Assembly (NCBI GenBank): GCA_013214525.1
Contig: JABSSG010000001.1
Span: 18,514 to 82,513 of the forward strand
DNA from: Rickettsiales bacterium
GTDB taxonomy: Bacteria > Pseudomonadota > Alphaproteobacteria > Rickettsiales > JABSSG01
Reading direction: 5' to 3'
DNA length: 64,000 nt
The notes below the pieces were generated by a model. It was not told where the DNA came from. It saw only the letters and a list, made by a program, of their open reading frames with translations, and searched no databases. Made by a program: the position numbers and the translations under genes. Shown in pieces: positions 30,521 through 37,954 of the stretch (positions within the stretch are counted from its first letter, which is position 1; each line of letters begins with the position of its first letter).

Positions 30521-32671
30521 TTAATTGTTTTGCTTAGCTAAATCTTCAACTTGCTTTTGCTCTTTATCTTTCTCATCTGTTAATTCGTCTGTTACCCAAG
30601 TTCTAGGATCATACCATTTCCTCTTTACAAGAGCCTTAGGTTTACTTGTCTTATCTATGGTAGATTTCCTACGAATAGTTGGCTTGGTTATAATTTCTTG
30701 CCTTTTTCTCAATCTCTCTCTCGGTTCATATCCTCTGATTGCAGGCTTCCTTTGCTTTTTATCTCTCAATCTATCTTTACCAAACTTCTTCTGCTTTTCT
30801 AAACCTTGTTCTTCTTTCTTTTCTTCTTTCTTTTCTTCTTTCTTTTCTTCTTCTTCTCCATCTTTGCCATCATGTTTTTTCTTTGCAGCTATCATTTCAT
30901 CTTGTAACTCTTTTAAGTTACTTTCAACATCTGTGCCTGCTAAATCTGCAATTAATTGATTAATTTGATCAATTCGACTATTATAGTTCCCTTCATCTGT
31001 ATTACCAAAAGCATCTATACTATCGTATGTTATATCTGTCTTATAATACTGCGCTAATGATTTAACTAAATCATCTTTCAATTTTGTATTATGTTTTAGC
31101 TGATTTATATATTTCTTCACATTCTTAACTTCATCAAGTCTTAAATCATAAATCATATTGAGTTCTATCATATCATAAGTACCTTTTGGATCAAAACTCA
31201 TTAACATCTGCACTTTTTGAGGAGAAGTTTCTGCAGATATATTACTTATAAATTCTCTCATTTTTTGATTTGTCTTCCTTGAATCAAGTCTATCACCTAC
31301 TTGTCGAACAAAACTAGCCGCATCAACCTTATCATTGTTATATAAATCTTCAAATACATCTAATACACTCCCTAAAGCTGCACTCTCAAATGTACTCTTC
31401 CGCTTTGGCCCTATAGCCCGCACAACTTTATCATACTCTGATATAAAATCCTCTATAGCTTTTTGTTTAGCTTCCGAAGTTAGACCTCTTGCTTCCTCTA
31501 TAGCAAGATCATTTGCCATTTCGCTACTTTTAGTAGCCAACTCTGCAGAAGTAAATAAATATGGTATCACTTCATTTAACTTACTCTTATCTTTCGCACT
31601 CTCAGACCCTTCCACTAACTTCTCTGCAATACCTTTTACTTTTGCAATATTACCATCATTACCAAATGCATCACTTCTATTGATCTCTTGAAGTTTTGTT
31701 ACTATTGAATCTGTTAATCCTAAATCCTGCAATGGATCTACTCTTTTCTTATCATGACATTTACTTGAATCTTTACAAAGAGCTCTAATATATGAAGCAT
31801 CAGGAGCTGCTTTGCCTTCTGTATTATAATGCAAATCACTATGAAATCCTCCATCTGGTGTAAAATGTAATAGATGAAGTGTAGTATCAGGCTTTTCTTC
31901 GCCATATGGCTGCGTTGCTATTAAATATGAGTCTCCTATATTAGAGCCTATCTTAAATGTCCCATACTGCTGCAACAATCCATCCACTATATCATCTTCG
32001 GTATATGGTTTAGATGTTATCCCACCAGTTATCCTGCTCTTCTTTTTTGCAATTTCTCTAACATCTTCTATTTTTAATTCAGAATTAGGAATTTCAAATT
32101 CCTTACCTTTAAGCAGCTTCCTAATTGTTTTTTTGCCACCATCTCTTTGGGGTGTTTCCATATCAATCATTTCCAATTTGCCATCCTTATTTTGCATAAT
32201 TTTTGCAATATCCGTTACTTTCCACTCTTCTTTTGGCATGGTACCCCTATTTATTTCCCTAAGATTACCAGACTCATCCATTTGATAATGAGCGTGGCTT
32301 GTACTACCATCATGATGCATTTTTACATAATTCACTACACCATCATCTGTTCCCATCACACGCATCTCTTTAATGCTAGAATCTTTATCTCTATATATTA
32401 TATCATTTGCCGTATCTAAAACTGCTTCTCTCTTGGGAGCTTCCCAATCTGTAGTCTTGCTTACATCTGGTCTCTCATCTCTAAATGAAAGCGATTCTTC
32501 TTGGTCTTCTTCTGCTTGTCTCTCTGCTTCTTCACCTTCCTCATCACCAGCATCCAAAGCACTAGAAACCTGAGTTATATTAATTAATAGTAGTAAAATC
32601 ACGAGCATTTTTAGAAAATGCTGTAAATAAGTCTTATAGCTACTCATAATTGTTTGTTGTTCATTATTCAT
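30521..32671 (-). CDS. Large acidic secreted/surface protein, candidate cargo of the adjacent TpsB-like transporter (module 1)
   Basis: 716 aa. Signal-like N-terminus ...LLLLINITQVSSA/LD, an acidic stretch, His/Gly-rich beta-like N-region, one DLGLT motif, an (EEKK)n tract and a basic C-terminus with KRKWYDPRTW. It starts 16 nt downstream of tpsB-like gene 1. Confidence 0.6.
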   Translation of the reverse strand: MNNEQQTIMSSYKTYLQHFLKMLVILLLLINITQVSSALDAGDEEGEEAERQAEEDQEESLSFRDERPDVSKTTDWEAPKREAVLDTANDIIYRDKDSSIKEMRVMGTDDGVVNYVKMHHDGSTSHAHYQMDESGNLREINRGTMPKEEWKVTDIAKIMQNKDGKLEMIDMETPQRDGGKKTIRKLLKGKEFEIPNSELKIEDVREIAKKKSRITGGITSKPYTEDDIVDGLLQQYGTFKIGSNIGDSYLIATQPYGEEKPDTTLHLLHFTPDGGFHSDLHYNTEGKAAPDASYIRALCKDSSKCHDKKRVDPLQDLGLTDSIVTKLQEINRSDAFGNDGNIAKVKGIAEKLVEGSESAKDKSKLNEVIPYLFTSAELATKSSEMANDLAIEEARGLTSEAKQKAIEDFISEYDKVVRAIGPKRKSTFESAALGSVLDVFEDLYNNDKVDAASFVRQVGDRLDSRKTNQKMREFISNISAETSPQKVQMLMSFDPKGTYDMIELNMIYDLRLDEVKNVKKYINQLKHNTKLKDDLVKSLAQYYKTDITYDSIDAFGNTDEGNYNSRIDQINQLIADLAGTDVESNLKELQDEMIAAKKKHDGKDGEEEEKKEEKKEEKKEEQGLEKQKKFGKDRLRDKKQRKPAIRGYEPRERLRKRQEIITKPTIRRKSTIDKTSKPKALVKRKWYDPRTWVTDELTDEKDKEQKQVEDLAKQNN

Positions 32672-32687
32672 ATCAAAACCCTAATCA

Positions 32688-34457
32688 TTACCAACTGAAC
32701 TCTTTACTAATTAGAAACCTAAAAATACTACTGTTATTATTCTTATCTCCATTTACCTTAATACTTCTAACTGTTGGAAATTCAACTGTACTCTCAGCAT
32801 AAAATCCATAAGGGAAAAACAGTCTCACACCAACACCTAATGCTGGCAATGTAGATTTATTAAAATAAATTATATCACGATGCTCTTTTCTTGCAGATGT
32901 AGTATTGTGGTTGATAAAATGTGTTATATCAAAAAAACCAAAAAATTGTCCTAAGTTAAGAAATTTTTTAATTTTTGGTTTCTCAAACTCTTTACTATAT
33001 CTAAGCTCTACCTTACCTGAAATACCTTGGTCTGCTGATACAAGCCCAGTCTTATAACCACGAGCTGTATTAGAGGTATTAATTGAATATCTATGCTCAC
33101 TAGGCAATAATTTTCCTGTATATTGATATGACGCCTTCAAGAACAATGAAAAATTGTTAGGTAAAGGCTGATCTCTATACCAATCAATTATAAAATAATT
33201 AAAACTTTTATCAAAATCTATCCTGTCTGTACTATCTTTATCATAAGAAACTCTATTTAAAGTCCAATTGAAATATGGGAAAAACCAGTTCTCAACATTT
33301 AATGGGTCTACTATCTTTATTTTACCACCCAATGACCCCATCACATAGTCATAACCCCTTGTCTTACTAGTGCCAGAATAATGCTCCGTATCACGTCTTT
33401 CTGCAGCTAATTCTAATTTTACACTACGGTTATTATTTAATACTGCGTATTGATCAAGCCTTCCTTTAACAATGTTAGTTTTATTATCCTTTGAACTCTC
33501 TGCAAGATTAGGATCATCTTTTAAATGAGAGAAAAATATACTTGCCGAAGTACCATATGTATTCAACCTCTTTAAATACCCCAACGTTATCAATTGAAAT
33601 CTACTCGGCTTATCTGAAGTACCAGCACTTACCATTACAGAATCATTTGATAGAACATTATAAAATTGTGAAAAAGCCTCAAATTGATGTTTTCCTAAAT
33701 CAGAAGTACCATGATTATTTACTGAAACACTAGCTTGACCTCTTTCTGTACTGACATGCATAAGTAAATCTGCTACTTTATTACTCTCTATTTCTCCAAG
33801 CTGTTCAATTTCATATTCTGTGTTATAACCATGTATTTTGTTTATAAGAAGCAAATATCTTTGCAAATCTTTGGTTTTTAAAGGGTTTGCCTTCTCAATT
33901 TTTTCTACCAATTTTAAGAAAAGCTTATTTTTCAATATTTTCTTATCTCTTTTGTCATCAACCAAGCCAATAACAACTGTTCTAAGTTTACCTTCAATAA
34001 TCTTCACTCTTAGCTCAGGTTCAACTACTTCAACATACGCCACCGGTAAAGCATAACCTTCCTTGTGATAGTATTTTTCAATATCCTCAACAATTTGCCT
34101 TGCTTCATTCTCACCAATCTTTTTCTTCAAATAGGGCTTGATTACAGAACGTATTTTACCAGTCTTAATTGCTTTATTGCCACTAATTATAATTTTACTT
34201 ATCTTGTTATGTTGTTGCCAAGAAACTTTTGATTCTTTTCTACTTGAATGCTCTGGCACTGGCTTTTGTTCAGATTGTTTACGCCTATGAAGTTCTGATA
34301 TAATCTGCTTATCTATAAATGTTCTTTTCTGGTTATGATGTGCGGCTACAGAATTTCTTGCATCTGCTGCATTTTCTATTGCTATAGCTGATTTAACCGT
34401 GAAAATATTTCCAAATAATACCAAAGCTATACTTAAACTTGTCAAAAACTTTTTCAT
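32688..34457 (-). CDS. ShlB/FhaC/HecB-family (TpsB-type, Omp85 superfamily) outer-membrane transporter, copy 1
   Basis: Signal peptide MKKFLTSLSIALVLFGNIFTVKSAIA. POTRA_2-like segment IIISGNKAIKTGKIRSVIKPYL...YYHKEGYALPVAYVEV...IIEGKLRTVVIG. DN-like NNHGTSDLGK segment, an L6-type ARGY motif, and a terminal ...KEFSW beta-signal. Confidence 0.75.
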   Translation of the reverse strand: MKKFLTSLSIALVLFGNIFTVKSAIAIENAADARNSVAAHHNQKRTFIDKQIISELHRRKQSEQKPVPEHSSRKESKVSWQQHNKISKIIISGNKAIKTGKIRSVIKPYLKKKIGENEARQIVEDIEKYYHKEGYALPVAYVEVVEPELRVKIIEGKLRTVVIGLVDDKRDKKILKNKLFLKLVEKIEKANPLKTKDLQRYLLLINKIHGYNTEYEIEQLGEIESNKVADLLMHVSTERGQASVSVNNHGTSDLGKHQFEAFSQFYNVLSNDSVMVSAGTSDKPSRFQLITLGYLKRLNTYGTSASIFFSHLKDDPNLAESSKDNKTNIVKGRLDQYAVLNNNRSVKLELAAERRDTEHYSGTSKTRGYDYVMGSLGGKIKIVDPLNVENWFFPYFNWTLNRVSYDKDSTDRIDFDKSFNYFIIDWYRDQPLPNNFSLFLKASYQYTGKLLPSEHRYSINTSNTARGYKTGLVSADQGISGKVELRYSKEFEKPKIKKFLNLGQFFGFFDITHFINHNTTSARKEHRDIIYFNKSTLPALGVGVRLFFPYGFYAESTVEFPTVRSIKVNGDKNNNSSIFRFLISKEFSW

Positions 34458-34609
34458 AACCGCATCTATTACTATTTTCACTTAATTATAACAGTTCTTT
34501 AACAAAATAAAAAACTTCCCCCCTCTTATGTATAAAAATAATAATTGTGTTAATAATGTTGTGACTCAAATGCCATATTTATTAACCTCAATTAGGATTA
34601 TTAATATTT

Positions 34610-34720
34610 AAAACCTAAACAATGGATTAGCAAGATCTTAGAACTTTAGAATGTTTTTAGCGAAAATAATAGCCTTGCTTTCAAGATTAAAACATAGCAA
34701 ATACAATAAGATATACCCCT
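34610..34720. repeat. Family C element, left arm plus core (right arm missing)
   Basis: AAACCTAAACAATGGATTAGCAAGATCTTAGAACTTTAGAATGTTTTTAGCGAAAAT... is collinear with the other family C copies. Confidence 0.6.
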
Positions 34721-34769
34721 CGTTTTTACGGAAAGAAACTAAAAATCAGCACTTTTAAAGAGATGTCTT

Positions 34770-34933
34770 ATACCATTTTTCGTAAATAATTGATATTTTA
34801 GGGTTCGAGATTTAATGATAGAATCAAGTTTCAAAAATCCTGCATAGCCATTGCTATACAAGACTTTTTTAAACGATAATAATGGCGTAAAGATCGAAAT
34901 GATAAAAGGTCAATTATTTACGAAAAATGGTAT
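34770..34933. repeat. Palindromic element, family B (MITE-like, perfect 24-bp terminal inverted repeats)
   Basis: TIR ATACCATTTTTCGTAAATAATTGA at both ends. The whole element recurs at 45051..45213. Its last base is shared with the trxA stop codon. Confidence 0.85.
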
Positions 34934-35253
34934 TATTTATTATGATCTTTTATCCAGTCTATGAGAACATTCTTCGGATGCACTCCTAGCTTAGTAGAAA
35001 AAGTTGCCCCTTCTTTAAAAATCATTAAAGTTGGAATGCTTCGAATCCCATATTTAGATGCAGTTTCTGGACTTTCATCAACATTCATTTTAAAAATTTT
35101 AACAGAGTCACCAACCTCTTTAGCAACTTCATCAATTACAGGACCCAGTTGCTTACATGGACCACACCATGGAGCCCAAAAATCTACAAGAACTAGTTTT
35201 TCAGATTTTAGAACTTCTTCTTCAAAATTTTTATCTGTAATCTCTTTTATCAT
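34933..35253 (-). CDS. trxA: Thioredoxin
   Basis: 106 aa with the WAPWCGPCK active site. Confidence 0.9.
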   Translation of the reverse strand: MIKEITDKNFEEEVLKSEKLVLVDFWAPWCGPCKQLGPVIDEVAKEVGDSVKIFKMNVDESPETASKYGIRSIPTLMIFKEGATFSTKLGVHPKNVLIDWIKDHNK

Positions 35254-35282
35254 AGCCTACCTCATTTAATTAGGGTTAATAG

Positions 35283-36989
35283 TTAATTTGTTTCATTCTT
35301 TTCATGCAAAAACTTAATGCTATATTGTTGAGCAATTGAAAGCATATTACTCCAAGCCCAATAAATTACAAGCCCTGCTGGAAATGATGCAAACATAAAT
35401 AAGAAAAATAATGGTAAGAACTTCATAACTTTTGCTTGAATAGGATCTGCTGGTGCTGGCGAAAAGGATTGCTGAAAGAACATTGTTACAGCCATAATTA
35501 TCGGCCAAGCTCCAATCATTAAAAAACTTGGTGGAGCAAAAGGAATTAATCCAAATAAATTAAAAATAGTAGTAGGGTCTGGAGCAGATAAATCTTTTAT
35601 CCATCCATAAAACGGAGCATGTCGCATTTCAATAGTGATAAACAATACTTTATATAATGAAAAGAAAATAGGTATCTGAATAAGTAAAGGCAAACATCCA
35701 GAAAGAGGGCTTACTTTTTCTTTTTTATAGAGCTGAAGAATTTCCTGATTCTGCCTCATTTTGTCATCAGCATAAAGTTCCTTAATACTATTAATTTGAG
35801 GCTGAAGCACCTTCATCCTATTCATGGACTTATAAGATTTATTGGCAAGTGGGAACAAAAATATTTTTATTATTATAGTAACTACTAATATACTGATACC
35901 AAAATTACCAAAAAGATTATAGAAATATTTGAGAGCATTAAACATCGGTTTTGTTATAAAATAGAACCAACCAAAATCTATTGCTCTATCAAATAATGAT
36001 ATATTATATTTTCTTTCATATGCGTCTAATACAGATAATACTTTAGCACCTGCAAAAAAATTAACCTTTTTACTAAGCTTATTTCCTGGCTTCAAAATTT
36101 GCGTATCTGAAAGATAATCTACCTGAAATTTGTTTTTGCCAAGATGATTTACATGTTGAAACTTAGTATTAAAGTTTTTCCCTTCCAAATTTTGAGGAAT
36201 AATAGCAGTTAGCCAATATTTATCAGATATACCAAACCAACTTCCAGATGCATTATTATTAAATATGCTTATTTTGTCAGACTCTAAATCTTTATATGAT
36301 ACTTCTTTTAAAACATTATTAAAAACTCCTATTGGTCCATCATACGCCACTCTAGATTTTTCAACTTTGTCCACTATACGATTTATCAGCCCATAATTTC
36401 TTAAAGTTATAATATTGCTTCCCTTATTTTTCACGGTTTGTGTTATCGTAAACATATAATCATTATCTAAGGCTATATTTATATTAAATGCCATGCCTTT
36501 AGAATTCTTCCAAGTTAAGTTAACACTATCACCTTCTTTAAGAGTTTTTTTGTCTACAGACCAAATGGTATTCGAATTAGGAATTTCAACTTCAGTATCA
36601 GACAACCACCCAAATTCAGCAAAATAAGCATTCTCATACCTCGATGGAGAAAGCAATGTAGTAGCAGGACTATTCTTATTAAGAGCAGCTTTATATTTTG
36701 ATAAAACTAAATCATCAATCCTTGCACCACGCAAAGAAATAGACCCTTTCAACTTAGAAGAATTTATGCTTACCCTACCAGCTTTAGTTTTTTTTATGGC
36801 TTCATCACGATTTGTAAAAAACTTTTCATCAACCTTATTATTAGGGATTTGTTGCTTTGATATAGTTTGAGTATTAGTAACCTGTTTTTGCTTAGACTTT
36901 GACCTCGGTTTATCATAAAAAAATTGCCATCCAAAAATGATAGCAACTGTTAAAATTATAGCTGTTAATGTATTTTTTAAATCTGACAT
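35283..36989 (-). CDS. yidC: Membrane protein insertase YidC
   Basis: 568 aa with an N-terminal anchor, a large periplasmic domain and a conserved C-terminal 5-TM core (GCLPLLIQIPIFFSLY). Confidence 0.9.
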   Translation of the reverse strand: MSDLKNTLTAIILTVAIIFGWQFFYDKPRSKSKQKQVTNTQTISKQQIPNNKVDEKFFTNRDEAIKKTKAGRVSINSSKLKGSISLRGARIDDLVLSKYKAALNKNSPATTLLSPSRYENAYFAEFGWLSDTEVEIPNSNTIWSVDKKTLKEGDSVNLTWKNSKGMAFNINIALDNDYMFTITQTVKNKGSNIITLRNYGLINRIVDKVEKSRVAYDGPIGVFNNVLKEVSYKDLESDKISIFNNNASGSWFGISDKYWLTAIIPQNLEGKNFNTKFQHVNHLGKNKFQVDYLSDTQILKPGNKLSKKVNFFAGAKVLSVLDAYERKYNISLFDRAIDFGWFYFITKPMFNALKYFYNLFGNFGISILVVTIIIKIFLFPLANKSYKSMNRMKVLQPQINSIKELYADDKMRQNQEILQLYKKEKVSPLSGCLPLLIQIPIFFSLYKVLFITIEMRHAPFYGWIKDLSAPDPTTIFNLFGLIPFAPPSFLMIGAWPIIMAVTMFFQQSFSPAPADPIQAKVMKFLPLFFLFMFASFPAGLVIYWAWSNMLSIAQQYSIKFLHEKNETN

Positions 36990-36990
36990 T

Positions 36991-37245
36991 CTAATTTTTT
37001 CTAATTTTTTTGACGGGATCTAAACCATGTCCTCCAAACGGATGGCATCTAATTATTCTATAAAAACCAAGCTTTATACCTTTAAAAAAACCATAAAACT
37101 TTATAGCATCCAAAGCATAATCTGAACAGGTGGGTAAATATCTACAAGAACTTGGCAACACAGGTGAAATCAAATATTTATAAAGTTTTATAGCTATTAT
37201 AGATATAGCTTTTAAAATGTCATTTATTATTTTTATAATTACCAT
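36991..37245 (-). CDS. yidD: Membrane protein insertion efficiency factor YidD
   Basis: YKYLISPVLPSSCRYLPTCSDYA and RCHPFGGHGLDPV motifs. Confidence 0.85.
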   Translation of the reverse strand: MVIIKIINDILKAISIIAIKLYKYLISPVLPSSCRYLPTCSDYALDAIKFYGFFKGIKLGFYRIIRCHPFGGHGLDPVKKIRKN

Positions 37246-37288
37246 CTCTTATTAACTCCTATAACCTTTTCTAAGGCTTGTTCGATTT

Positions 37289-37615
37289 CTAGGTGAATTT
37301 GTTTAAAAGAAATATCAAGAATTTTTTAGATGGCAATATAGCAATTAATATTGTTTTAGCTGATATTTCATTTTTTAAAGTTATTTTAGCTAAAATTTGT
37401 CGCATAGCTGCTCTCATTCTTCTTTTTATTTTATTTCTTATGACAGCTTTAGCAGAAATTTTCTTTGAAACAATATAAGCAATCTTTAAATTGCTAACCT
37501 CTACATCGCTATTTAAAGAAAGATAAGCTACGGTAAGATGGCTTTTAAAAACTCTTTTTCCTTTACTAAATAAAACATCAAAATCTTTCTTTTTAGTAAG
37601 TGAGAGAAGTTTCAC
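37289..37615 (-). CDS. rnpA: RNase P protein component RnpA; apparent 1-nt frameshift in an A6 run (coding strand; 37322..37327), probable true end at 37239
   Basis: AVIRNKIKRRMR RNR-type motif. After the A6 run, the -1 frame encodes ILDISFKQIHLEIEQALEKVIGVNKRW and stops in an ATGGTAA overlap with the yidD start. Confidence 0.8.
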   Translation of the reverse strand: MKLLSLTKKKDFDVLFSKGKRVFKSHLTVAYLSLNSDVEVSNLKIAYIVSKKISAKAVIRNKIKRRMRAAMRQILAKITLKNEISAKTILIAILPSKKFLIFLLNKFT

Positions 37616-37634
37616 AAATATCTTTATATATAAT

Positions 37635-37769
37635 CTATGCAGAAAGCTTTACTCTGCCTTGTCTTCTTCTAGCATTAAGAATTTTCCTCCCGCTTTTTGT
37701 TTCCATACGAGATCTGAAACCATGTCTTCTTTTACGCACCAAATTGCTTGGTTGATATGTCCGTTTCAT
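37635..37769 (-). CDS. rpmH: 50S ribosomal protein L34
   Basis: Not in the ORF track (44 aa). Translation is [44 protein letters not shown]. Confidence 0.9.
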   Translation of the reverse strand: MKRTYQPSNLVRKRRHGFRSRMETKSGRKILNARRRQGRVKLSA

Positions 37770-37954
37770 AAATAAGCCAGTTTAAATTGTGTCTCCATAA
37801 TATAATAAAATACTTCTTGGTCAATAAAATTTTCAATTTCGATCTTTACATGAACTATTGTTATCTTTTTGCTATGCTATTGTCATTAATGTTAACCCAA
37901 ACTTAATAAATTATTTTCTATACTATAAGAATAGAAAATTTTTAAGGAAAAAAT

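Noticed and set aside
30525-30963. Plus-strand Ser/Phe/Leu-rich ORFs opposite the 3' end of the module 1 cargo gene. Also ORF 55145..55618 (-) opposite the module 2 repeats.
   Set aside because: They are reverse-complement artefacts of Lys/Glu-rich and periodic repeat coding sequence.
37770-37954. Replication origin next to the rpmH-rnpA-yidD-yidC cluster.
   Set aside because: There is no dnaA gene nearby, and I found no clustered TTATCCACA-like DnaA boxes in this 185-bp spacer. There is only a short TTCTAT/ATAGAA inverted repeat.
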